Shown: positions 36,292 to 44,505 of the stretch, one piece after another
How the letters are laid out: the number at the start of each line of letters is the position of its first letter
Position numbering within the stretch: position 1 is the stretch's first letter
NCBI GenBank assembly: GCA_965205875.1
Contig: CBDBIA010000004.1
Location: 2,682,830 to 2,746,829 of the forward strand
Source: Phototrophicaceae bacterium
GTDB lineage: Bacteria > Chloroflexota > Anaerolineae > Aggregatilineales > Phototrophicaceae
Length of the DNA stretch: 64,000 nucleotides
Direction of reading: 5' to 3'
Made by a program: the position numbers and the translations under genes
The notes under the pieces: model-generated
Seen by the model: only the letters and a program-made list of their open reading frames with translations
Database searches by the model: none
Told to the model about the DNA's origin: nothing

Positions 36292-36722
36292 GGCGCCGGC
36301 TGCAGCAAGGCCGTCAGCCCCTCCGGCACCAGTGGCGTATCGCCCAGCGCCGTCGGCGCCAGCCAGCGCGCGCGGATGCGCCGCTCGCCTTCATGCGCCT
36401 GCAGGAACGGGCGTTCATAGACGCTGCGGTCGACGAACTGCGCGTCATAAATGCGCAGCAACTCGTGGCGCGGCCGGTCGCGATAGTTAAAGATGCTCTC
36501 CAGCGTGCCCAGATAGCGCAGCGCGCAAATCTCCTCGCCCAGCTCCTCGCGCAGCTCGCGCACGAGGGCCTGCGCGCCCGTTTCGCCGAAGCGGATGCCG
36601 CCGCCCAGCGGCCGGTAGAAGGTCGCGTCATTCGCGCGGTCGCGGCCCCTGGCGACCAGGATGCGGCCCTCGTGCTGGAACACGCAGAGCGCCACCGGGC
36701 GGATGCGCAGCTTGCGCGCCAT
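36282..36722 (-). CDS. NUDIX hydrolase
   Basis: ATG 36722 (MARKLRIRPVAL), 146 aa. Nudix box GGGIRFGETGAQALVRELREELGEE. The start overlaps the upstream stop (TGATG). Confidence 0.85.
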   Translation of the reverse strand: MARKLRIRPVALCVFQHEGRILVARGRDRANDATFYRPLGGGIRFGETGAQALVRELREELGEEICALRYLGTLESIFNYRDRPRHELLRIYDAQFVDRSVYERPFLQAHEGERRIRARWLAPTALGDTPLVPEGLTALLQPAPCR

Positions 36723-37510
36723 CAGCTGCCCTGCGCGCGGGCCAGCGCCCGCTCGATGCGGTTGTGCAGGTCGGTCAAACGCTCGCAGGCGTCGCTGAGT
36801 CCGGCGAGGTCCTCGCGCCGCTCGATCAGCGGGCGCGTGGGATGGCTGATGCGGTTGCGGATGCCCTGCAAATCCATCGCCTTGCGGCACTGGCTGTTGG
36901 AGCTGAAGCCCAGCAGCGCGCGCACCGCTTCGTGCTTGCGCGCGATGTCCACCATGTCGCCCAGTTCCATCATCTGCAGCAGGTCCAGCTCGACGTCGCC
37001 GCGGGCCTGGCGAATGCGATCCTCCTGCAGCCTCTGCCAGCGCGTTGCGGTGAAGAAGGGGCGATAGTCGTCATCGCCAGCCAGCACCAGACGCAGCAGC
37101 CGCGCCAGCTCCAGCTCAAAGTGCGCGACCAGCAGGTAGACGCTGGCCCGCGCCGGGATCTTGTTGAGGTCCGCCGGCGCCACCAGGCCGACGATCGCGC
37201 TGGACTGCAGCACGAGGAAGATGCGCTGCGGCTGTTGCGCGAAGAGCTTAATGAGTTCAAGCATGCGCGTGTCCGTCGCCAGCAACCAGTCCGCCGTCAG
37301 CGGCTGGGCGGCGGCGCCGGCGTCCAGCTCCGCGCGGCTGATGATGCCGCAGACGCCATTCTCGTCCAGCACCGGAATGTAGGTCAGGTTATGGGCGTGG
37401 GCCGCTGCCACGACCGCGTCGCGCGGCTCATTCGCCCGCCAGCAGGTCAGTTGCGCCAGCGGCGTGGCGATGTCCAGCACCGTGTAGCCTGGATCGTAGC
37501 GTGCCTGCAT
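36722..37510 (-). CDS. CBS-pair protein with C-terminal HEPN-like (Rx4H) helical domain
   Basis: ATG 37510 (MQARYDPGYTV), 262 aa. The rest of track ORF 36722..39124 is antisense to the GT9/cyclase genes. CBS motifs YIPVLDENGVCGIISRAEL and IFLVLQSSAIVGLVAPADL. The C-terminal all-alpha region ends in GIRNRISH (36842..36859). Confidence 0.65.
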   Translation of the reverse strand: MQARYDPGYTVLDIATPLAQLTCWRANEPRDAVVAAAHAHNLTYIPVLDENGVCGIISRAELDAGAAAQPLTADWLLATDTRMLELIKLFAQQPQRIFLVLQSSAIVGLVAPADLNKIPARASVYLLVAHFELELARLLRLVLAGDDDYRPFFTATRWQRLQEDRIRQARGDVELDLLQMMELGDMVDIARKHEAVRALLGFSSNSQCRKAMDLQGIRNRISHPTRPLIERREDLAGLSDACERLTDLHNRIERALARAQGS

Positions 37511-37616
37511 GGGGTTCCCCGTTTGCTTCTGCCCGGCCAGTGTACCACGCGGGCCGCGATTCCTGCGGGGTGTCAGTCGACGCAGCGCAGTAGATTGACC
37601 GGATGGCGCCGGGCAA

Positions 37617-37645
37617 TTGTGAGCGCCGCAAGGCGCGTTTATACT
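37617..37645 (+). promoter_or_regulatory. candidate promoter of the cyclase-GT9 operon
   Basis: TTGTGA, 17-nt spacer, TATACT. It lies 31 nt upstream of ATG 37676. Confidence 0.35.
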
Positions 37646-37675
37646 CGACGTGGCAAGGCAGGGAGTCCCGCACAC

Positions 37676-38134
37676 ATGCCCATATCCGAAGCGGCCCACG
37701 AACTGCTGGACGCGCTCGATTTTCGCGACCGCGACGCGCTTGCCAGGCTGGTCGCGGCGGACTTCCGCTGCAGCGGCACGGTCAGCGCAATGCCGGGCCG
37801 GCAAGGGGCGCTGGCTGTGCTGGACATTTGCGTGGCGGCCTTTTCGGATTTCTCCTTCAACTTCACCGAGGCGAGCGAGCAGGCCGGTGTCCTGCGGCTG
37901 CGCTACGCGATCAGCGGCACGCACGACGGCCCGCTCGACCTGTATCCCCTGGGCATTCCGCTGCAATTGCCGCCCACCGGCACCATCCTGCGCCTGCCCG
38001 CCTCGGCCGCGACCGCAACCTTCAACAACTCCGGCCAGGTCGCCAATCTGTTTTTGCAGGTTGCCGCTGGCGCCGGACCAGGGGACATGATCGCGCGCCT
38101 GGGCGGGACCCTGCCGCCGGTGCCCAGCGGCTGA
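37676..38134 (+). CDS. SnoaL-like / ester cyclase family protein
   Basis: 152 aa. The pattern FSDFSFNFTE...LRLRYAISGTHDGPL...PPTGTILRLPASAATATFNNSGQVANLFL fits the ester cyclase (NTF2-like) family. Confidence 0.65.
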   Translation: MPISEAAHELLDALDFRDRDALARLVAADFRCSGTVSAMPGRQGALAVLDICVAAFSDFSFNFTEASEQAGVLRLRYAISGTHDGPLDLYPLGIPLQLPPTGTILRLPASAATATFNNSGQVANLFLQVAAGAGPGDMIARLGGTLPPVPSG

Positions 38135-39199
38135 ATGCGCGTGACCGGCCACCTGAAGCCGCGGCGCATCGTGCTGGTGTTGCCCTGTTGCATCGGCGAC
38201 GTGCTGATGGCGACCGCTACCCTGGCGGCCCTGCGCCGCGCCTGGCCAGACGCGCACATCGCCTGGGCGGTTGGCGGCGCCGCGCGCGCGGTAATCAGCG
38301 ACCACGACATGCTCAACGCCACGCTCGAGTGCGATCCCCTGCCGCAACGTTCGCCGCGGCAACTGTTGCGCCTGGCGCGTCAGTTGCGCGAGGGCGGTTA
38401 CGACCTCGCCATCTCCCTGACGCGCTCGCCGCTGCTGAGTCTGGCGCTGCGCATGAGCGGCATTCCGCTGCGCGCCGGCCTGGACAGCGGCGGCCGCGGC
38501 CTGGGCTACAACTTGCGCGTCCCGCTCGACCCGGCGCTTGTGCGCCATGAGGCGGAGATTTACCTCGACGTGGCGCGCGCCCTGGGTCTCGATGTCAGCG
38601 ACTGCCAGGCGAATGTGCCCGTGCGGGCAGCCTTGTGGCCGGCGTTGCGGCAGCGTCTGCTCGCGGCCGGCGTCGACCCGCAGCGCTATGCCCTGCTGCT
38701 GCCCGCCGGTGGCAGCAACCCCGGCACGACCATGGCGCAGAAGCGCTGGCCGCCGCAGCATTACGCGCAGCTCGCGCGGCAATTGGGAATAGACATCGTA
38801 CTCGTCGGCGGGCCGGAGGACAGCGTCATCCTGGCTGCTGTGGGCCAGCAGTTGAGTGGGTCGTATCTCAGTCTGGCAGGCGAACTCTCCTTCGCCGAGA
38901 TTGCGTTGCTGGCATGTCGCGCGCGCGTCGCCGTTGGCAACGACAGCGGCCTCACGCACCTTGCCGCCGCCGCCGGCGCGCGCACGGTCGCCATCTTCGG
39001 CCCCAGCGACCCGCGCCGTTACGCGCCTTTCGCGGCCGGCGTGCTGGTGCTGTGGCGACCAGGCCCGCTGCCCACGGCCGGCGTGAGCGCTGGCGCTGTC
39101 CCCGGCTGGAGCTGGCAGCAGCACGGCATCGGCGCGGATGAGGTCTGCGCGCGCGTGCTGGACTTCCTCGAGAAGGGCGCTACCAGCGCGTCGCCTTGA
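38135..39199 (+). CDS. family 9 glycosyltransferase (heptosyltransferase-like)
   Basis: The ATG directly abuts the preceding stop (TGAATG). 354 aa. RIVLVLPCCIGDVLMATATLAALRRAWP and GNDSGLTHLAAAAGARTVAIFGPSDP are classic GT9 blocks. Confidence 0.8.
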   Translation: MRVTGHLKPRRIVLVLPCCIGDVLMATATLAALRRAWPDAHIAWAVGGAARAVISDHDMLNATLECDPLPQRSPRQLLRLARQLREGGYDLAISLTRSPLLSLALRMSGIPLRAGLDSGGRGLGYNLRVPLDPALVRHEAEIYLDVARALGLDVSDCQANVPVRAALWPALRQRLLAAGVDPQRYALLLPAGGSNPGTTMAQKRWPPQHYAQLARQLGIDIVLVGGPEDSVILAAVGQQLSGSYLSLAGELSFAEIALLACRARVAVGNDSGLTHLAAAAGARTVAIFGPSDPRRYAPFAAGVLVLWRPGPLPTAGVSAGAVPGWSWQQHGIGADEVCARVLDFLEKGATSASP

Positions 39200-40466
39200 A
39201 TTGCCAGCCCGGATTCACCTTCTGCATCTCGACCTCGTCGTTGCGCCGCTGCAGGCCGCTTTCCAGATACTTCGCATGCAGTTCCGCCACCTGCGCGCGA
39301 TCCAAAGTGACCCCCAGGCCAGGCTCGCGGGAGACCGCGACCGCGCCGTCCTCGAAGCGGATGCGTCCGCCTTCGATGATTTCATCGTATTGCCAGGGGT
39401 AGTGCGTATCGCAGGCGTAGGTCAGGTTGGGCACGGCCGCCCCCAGCTGCACCATCGCCGCCAGCGAGATGCCGAGGTGGCTGTTGGAATGCATCGACAG
39501 GCCGCGGCCGAAGGTCTGGCAGATGCGCGCCAGCGCCACTGAATTGCGCAGCCCGCCCCAGCTGTGATGGTCGCTGAGAATGATGGCTTCGGAGCCGAGG
39601 CGCAGGCTGCCAGGCAGGTCGGCGAAGGAGGTGGTGCACATGTTGGTCGCCAACGGGATGTCCAGCGCCTGCGCCACCTGGGCCATGTTTGCCTGGCCGC
39701 GCGCCGGGTCCTCGAAGTACTCGAGCACCCCCTCCATCCGTTTGCCGGCGCGGATGGCCGTCTCAACGCTCCAGATGGCGTTGGGGTCGTGGCGCAGCGG
39801 TACTTCCGGCCCGAAGGCCTCATGGAGGGCATGCATGGCCGCGACCTCGGCATCCGGCTCGAAGACGCCGCCCTTCAGCTTGATGGAGTGGAAACCGAAG
39901 GCCGAGCACATGGCCTGCGCCTGCGCAACCACGCCCGCCGGGTCCAGCGCCGCGGCCTGCCGCGCCGCTGCCCAGCCGGTCGCCTGCGGGTCAGTGTCGA
40001 AGCCGAGCGCGCCGCCGGCCCCCTCGTACTTGTAAAACAGGTAGGCCGCGAAAGGCACCGCGTCCCGCACGCGACCGCCCAGCAGGTCGCAGACCGGTCG
40101 CCCGACCGCCTTGCCCACGAGGTCGAGACAGGCGACTTCCAGCGCGCTGAGCACGTGCATAAACTGGCGCGCGTCCCAGGGCTCGTCGCCACGCTGCCCG
40201 CCCTCGTCCACTGTGAGCCAGGTCCTCAGCGCCGCCTCCAGTGCGTTACGCTGAAAGGGGTCGCTGCCGATGACGACTTCGCGCGCCGCATTCAGGGCCG
40301 CTTCAGTCTCCACGCTGCCGGGGATTTCGCCAAGACCGCTGATGCCGTCGTCACTGAACAGCTCGACGATGAGGCGCAGCGCGTAAGGCGCGTGCAGGCC
40401 GGCGGCGTTCAGCAAGGGCGGGTCGCTGATGGCCACCATAGTGACCTGCATGTCTGCAATTCGCAT
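39180..40466 (-). CDS. gudD: glucarate dehydratase family enolase-superfamily enzyme
   Basis: 428 aa. The N-terminus MQVTMVAISDPPLLNAAGLHAPYALRLIVELFSDDGISGLGEIPG parallels E. coli GudD ([45 protein letters not shown]). Confidence 0.75.
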   Translation of the reverse strand: MRIADMQVTMVAISDPPLLNAAGLHAPYALRLIVELFSDDGISGLGEIPGSVETEAALNAAREVVIGSDPFQRNALEAALRTWLTVDEGGQRGDEPWDARQFMHVLSALEVACLDLVGKAVGRPVCDLLGGRVRDAVPFAAYLFYKYEGAGGALGFDTDPQATGWAAARQAAALDPAGVVAQAQAMCSAFGFHSIKLKGGVFEPDAEVAAMHALHEAFGPEVPLRHDPNAIWSVETAIRAGKRMEGVLEYFEDPARGQANMAQVAQALDIPLATNMCTTSFADLPGSLRLGSEAIILSDHHSWGGLRNSVALARICQTFGRGLSMHSNSHLGISLAAMVQLGAAVPNLTYACDTHYPWQYDEIIEGGRIRFEDGAVAVSREPGLGVTLDRAQVAELHAKYLESGLQRRNDEVEMQKVNPGWQFKATRW

Positions 40467-40478
40467 AATTCCTCCCTG

Positions 40479-43388
40479 TCAGCCCTGGCCTTGTTGCGGG
40501 TTGCGCAGCACGCGCAGGGTCATCTCGTCGCTGGCCTGGTTGCCGACCTCGTCGTAGGCTACCGCACGAAAGGTATCCGTGCCCGTGCCCTCGATGTGCC
40601 AGTCAAAGCCCCAGGGCCAGACGCGGTCGCTGCCCAGCAGCTGACCGTTCCGATAAAAATCTACCCGATTCACCGCCAGGTTGTCCTCAACTTCCGCGCT
40701 CAGGTGGATCTCGCGCTTTGCGGGCCAGATGATGTTCGTATCGCCCGGTTCCAGCCGCAGCGTCGGCGCCTCATTGTCGACCATGACCTGGCGCAGCCTG
40801 GATTCGCGCGTGCCGTCCACGCGCACTATGGTGAGGCGCAGGCTGTGCAGGCCGGCGAGCCCGCTCGTATCCCAGCTGCCCAGCAGGCCACGCTCAGGTG
40901 GCGCGCTGCTGCCAGCGCCTGTGTGTTGCCATACGAGCGGCTTCAGGCCGGCGCCGTACTCCAGCAGATAGTAGTTCATATCCTGCGGATCAAGGCTGCC
41001 ACGAATCTCCACCACGCCACCCACCCAGTCGAAGGGTTCCGGCTGCTCCAGGCCCGTTGCCGTCTGGTCGGGCGCGTCGAGCAGGTCCGGCGGCAGTGGC
41101 AAGGCGCCGGCCCGCCACCAGGCCAGGGCCTCCGGCGGCGGGACGAAGTAAATGCGCTGGCTGAGCAGCTCCGGCGGCGTGGCGACCGTGGCGAGGCGGC
41201 CGTTGCGCGCATTAATGGCGAAGAGCTGCCAGTGGCTGTCTACCCGCTGCGGCAGGACGCCGCTGATGAAGCGTTCGCGGTGCATGGGGCAGATGCCGTT
41301 GGGCAACAGACCGGAACGCTCGCACACTTCCGCCTCAACGATCTCTTGCGGCGCCGTCCAGTTTTCGGGCGCCTGGCCCTCGTGCAGCGCCAGCATCAGC
41401 GCGCGCCAGAGCTGGGCCGCGGGGCCTGTGCCGCTCAGCTCGGCGCTCATCGAGCCCCCGTCGCTGCGTCCCAGATGCACCCCCACCAGGTAGCGCGGCG
41501 TGTAGCCCAATGCCCAGGCCGCGCGCCTCTGCCCGGTCATACTGCTGACCACGGCGGCCGGCCGGTCAATGTCCAGCAGACGCACGTCCGCCTCGCCCAG
41601 CACACGCGCGCGCGCCGTCTGGTCTGCCAGCACGTCGTTCACCAGATAGCCCAGCTCGCCGGCGAAGACCGGCGTGCAATCCGGCGCTGCATTGCAGTCA
41701 GCACCGTCGGCGCGCGGCGCCTGCCACAGCAGCTGTCCCTGCGCGTCCTCGATGCGCAGCACAGCGAGCGGATCGCGCCCGCGTGTAGTGGTTGCCGTCG
41801 GCTCCAGCTGCAACCCGCGCTGCTCGCCCTGTGTGGCGAAGAGGGAATAGGCGTAGGCGATATCCAGCATGGACACTTCGCCGCCGCGTTCCAGCAGCGA
41901 GAGGCCGGGGCTGGCATTATCATCGAGACTGACGAGGCCCAGGCTGCGGGCGCGCGCGAGGATGGTTTCGAGGCGCAGTTCGCTGGCCAGCTGCACCGCC
42001 GGTGGCAGCAGGCCGGCGCTCATGGCCTCGCGCAGGCTGAGCGGACCGCGATAATGCCCGTCAGCGTTGGACGGCGTGTAGATCAGGCCCTCGATTGCGC
42101 CAGGCAGTTCCAGCGGGATGTCCAACAGCATGTCCGCCGCGGTCCTGCCGCTGCGGAAGGCCTCGAAGTAGACGAAGGGCTGCAGTAGCGGCCCGGGCGG
42201 AAAGCGCAGACTGGTCGCGTCGCCGTGCATGGTCAGTAGCTCGCCGCTGCGCAAGTCGAGCAAGACCAGAGCAGCCTCCTGCGGTGGCTGTGCCATGGCG
42301 AGCGCCGGGGCCAGCAATTCCGCATTGATGCAAGGCGGAGCAGGCTGTCTCTCTGCCGCCAGCTGTCCCAGATGGAGCTGCAGCAGACAGTCAGCGCGCT
42401 CCTGCAGCGCGAGGTCGAGCGTGGTCAGGATGCGCAGGCCGCCGCGCGCCAGCAAGCGCTCGCCATCCAGGCCCTGGGAATCAAGGATGGCGCGCGCCTG
42501 GCGCCGGGCGTAGGCGCTGAAGTCCGGCGCCAGGCGGGGCGCCAGGCTGTTGCGGGCCTGCAGTTGCGTCACTGTCGCAGAGGCCGTTGCGGCTTCAGCG
42601 GTGCTGATTGCGGCGGCGGCCTGCAGGTCGCGCAGCACTTCGTCCTGGCGAATGCGGGCGGCTACCTCGTTCTGCAGTGGATTCAGCGCCGGCGCAGGCG
42701 GAATGGCGGCCAGCAGGGCGACCTCGTCCAGCGCCAGTTGCGCCGCAGCCTTGCCGAGGTAAAGCCGGGCCGCAGCCTCAATGCCCCAGGCTTCATTGCC
42801 ATAATGGCTGGTGTTCAGATGCCACTCAAGCAGGGCCTCGCGCGAATACAGCCGCTCCAGTTCCGCCGCCAGCACAATCTCGCGCTCGCGCGTCAGCGCA
42901 GCGCCTGGCGCGTAGAGGTTGCGCACCAGACGCAATGTCAGCGTCTGTTCCGGCGGCAGTGGGCTGCCAATGAGATTCTGCCACAGGCGCAGTGCCGTAG
43001 TCACGGGGGAGGGCGCCGGGCGAGTCAGGAAGTCGGGATCTTCCATGAGCAGGGTGGCTGCCACCAGGGGTTCTGGCAACTCCGCCAGCGTCACCCAGGA
43101 GCTTGCGTCGTTCGTGACTTCACGCACACTGAACAGCGGGGTCGCGCCACTGCGATCGTAAAAGTGGGACGGGCCGGCAGCGGGCGCCGCCTGACCCCCT
43201 GCCGGCAGCGGCGGCAGCGCGGCCAACGCATCCTGGTACATCCACCAGGCGCCCCCGGCCGGCAGTATCAGCAGCAGCGCAGTTGCCACCAGTAGCGCGC
43301 CCAGCCCCAGCCCCAGGCGCTGCTGGCGGGCCCTGCGCAGCGCTCTGCGCCGCCGTCGCCGCTGGAAGATTCGGGTCGCCGCAGTCAA
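40479..43388 (-). CDS. class-A-PBP-like protein (GT51 + degenerate transpeptidase domain + C-terminal Ig-like region)
   Basis: 969 aa, N-terminal Arg-rich anchor with one TM. GT51 blocks (MEDPDF, REREIVLAAELERLYSREALLEWHLNTSHYG, GIEAAARLYLGK). The transpeptidase-fold region aligns to PBPs, but SxxK, SxN and KTG read PLLQ, GLL and MTG. The C-terminal ~250 aa are beta-rich. Confidence 0.8.
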   Translation of the reverse strand: MTAATRIFQRRRRRRALRRARQQRLGLGLGALLVATALLLILPAGGAWWMYQDALAALPPLPAGGQAAPAAGPSHFYDRSGATPLFSVREVTNDASSWVTLAELPEPLVAATLLMEDPDFLTRPAPSPVTTALRLWQNLIGSPLPPEQTLTLRLVRNLYAPGAALTREREIVLAAELERLYSREALLEWHLNTSHYGNEAWGIEAAARLYLGKAAAQLALDEVALLAAIPPAPALNPLQNEVAARIRQDEVLRDLQAAAAISTAEAATASATVTQLQARNSLAPRLAPDFSAYARRQARAILDSQGLDGERLLARGGLRILTTLDLALQERADCLLQLHLGQLAAERQPAPPCINAELLAPALAMAQPPQEAALVLLDLRSGELLTMHGDATSLRFPPGPLLQPFVYFEAFRSGRTAADMLLDIPLELPGAIEGLIYTPSNADGHYRGPLSLREAMSAGLLPPAVQLASELRLETILARARSLGLVSLDDNASPGLSLLERGGEVSMLDIAYAYSLFATQGEQRGLQLEPTATTTRGRDPLAVLRIEDAQGQLLWQAPRADGADCNAAPDCTPVFAGELGYLVNDVLADQTARARVLGEADVRLLDIDRPAAVVSSMTGQRRAAWALGYTPRYLVGVHLGRSDGGSMSAELSGTGPAAQLWRALMLALHEGQAPENWTAPQEIVEAEVCERSGLLPNGICPMHRERFISGVLPQRVDSHWQLFAINARNGRLATVATPPELLSQRIYFVPPPEALAWWRAGALPLPPDLLDAPDQTATGLEQPEPFDWVGGVVEIRGSLDPQDMNYYLLEYGAGLKPLVWQHTGAGSSAPPERGLLGSWDTSGLAGLHSLRLTIVRVDGTRESRLRQVMVDNEAPTLRLEPGDTNIIWPAKREIHLSAEVEDNLAVNRVDFYRNGQLLGSDRVWPWGFDWHIEGTGTDTFRAVAYDEVGNQASDEMTLRVLRNPQQGQG

Positions 43389-43475
43389 GTCCGCCTCGCT
43401 TTACACGGGAGCCGCCAGTATAGCAAATGCCGGGCGCAAGGCCGGGCACGGGCTGCTATACTGGGCGCCGCAGAG

Positions 43476-43571
43476 GGGAATGGTTGTGTCCCGGTGGATG
43501 CCCCGGTCTTCAAAACCGGTGGCGGGTTGCGCTGAGCAGGCCGCGGTGGGTTCGACTCCCATCCATTCCCG
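43476..43571 (+). tRNA. selC: tRNA-Sec (anticodon UCA)
   Basis: 8-bp acceptor GGGAATGG/CCATTCCC with discriminator G. 6-bp D stem GTGTCC/GGATGC with CGGT loop. Anticodon arm CCGGT-CTTCAAA-ACCGG. Long variable arm GCGGGTTGC-GCTGA-GCAGGCCGC. 5-bp T arm GTGGG-TTCGACT-CCCAT. This is the bacterial 8/5 Sec fold and is colinear with E. coli selC. Confidence 0.85.
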
Positions 43572-43599
43572 AGCGAGGCGATTTTATGAGGAGCGGGAA

Positions 43600-44499
43600 A
43601 TGAGCGCGCGGATCGTCGTCGTCGGCAGCTTCAACATGGACTTGACCACCACCATGGAGCGGCTGCCGCTGCCCGGCGAGACGCTGCATGGCAAGGTCTT
43701 CAGCACCGGGCCGGGTGGCAAAGGCTCCAACCAGGCGGTGGCGGCCGCGCGCCTGGGCGCGGAGGTCAGCTTCGTCGGCCGCGTTGGCGCAGACCCCTAC
43801 GGCGCGGAGGCGCTGGCCTTCTGGCAGGGCGAGGGCATCAACACGGAGTTCGTCGTACGTGACGCAGAACTGGCCACGGGTGTTGCGCCCATCTGGGTTG
43901 ATGAGCGGGGCGAGAACGCCATTGTGGTGGCGGGAGGCGCCAACCTGGCGGTTTCGCGCGCGGATGTCGACGCAGCCGCGGCTGTCATCGCCGGCGCCGA
44001 TCTGCTGGTCTTGCAGCTGGAGATCCCGCTGGACACTGTGGCCCATGCCATGCAGCTGGGACAGGAATCAGGCGTGCGCAGCATCCTCAATCCGGCGCCG
44101 GCCGTGTCGCTGGAGCCGGCGTTCATCGCGCGCGCCAGCTGGCTCACGCCCAACGAGACCGAGCTGGCCACGCTCTTCGGCGAGTCTCCGGCGGACCTGC
44201 GTCCCCTGGTCGCGCATGAAGGACAGACGCTGATCCAGACTTTGGGGTCTGCGGGCGCCCGTTGGGCGACACAGACGGAATGCGGTCAGGTGTCCGCCTT
44301 CGATGTAAAAGTGGTGGATACCACTGGCGCCGGCGACGCCTTCAATGGTGGGCTGGCAGTCGCGCTGGCGGAGGGGCTGACACTGGAAGCGGCCCTGCGT
44401 TTCGCCAACGCCGCCGCGGCGCTCTCAGTCACGCGCTTCGGCACCGCGCCCGCCATGCCGCGGCGCGCGGAAGTGGAGGCCTTGCTGGCACAGGGCTGA
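43600..44499 (+). CDS. rbsK: ribokinase
   Basis: ATG 43600 (GAGGAG upstream). The N-terminal part of track ORF 43480.. overlaps tRNA-Sec. IVVVGSFNMDL, GGKGSNQAVAAARLG and DTTGAGDAFNGG motifs. Confidence 0.85.
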   Translation: MSARIVVVGSFNMDLTTTMERLPLPGETLHGKVFSTGPGGKGSNQAVAAARLGAEVSFVGRVGADPYGAEALAFWQGEGINTEFVVRDAELATGVAPIWVDERGENAIVVAGGANLAVSRADVDAAAAVIAGADLLVLQLEIPLDTVAHAMQLGQESGVRSILNPAPAVSLEPAFIARASWLTPNETELATLFGESPADLRPLVAHEGQTLIQTLGSAGARWATQTECGQVSAFDVKVVDTTGAGDAFNGGLAVALAEGLTLEAALRFANAAAALSVTRFGTAPAMPRRAEVEALLAQG

Positions 44500-44505
44500 G
44501 CGCGC

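Noticed and set aside
39564-42188. 874-aa plus-strand ORF, the longest unexplained ORF in the track
   Set aside because: It is entirely antisense to the glucarate-dehydratase-like and PBP-like genes. Its translation is Arg/Ala/Gly/Gln-rich with no recognisable motifs. This is the typical open antisense frame of high-G+C DNA.
43480-43599. N-terminal extension of the ribokinase ORF (MVVSRWMPRSSKPVAG...)
   Set aside because: It overlaps the tRNA-Sec gene on the same strand. The ribokinase family N-terminus (IVVVGSFNMDL) starts at ATG 43600, which has a GAGGAG RBS.
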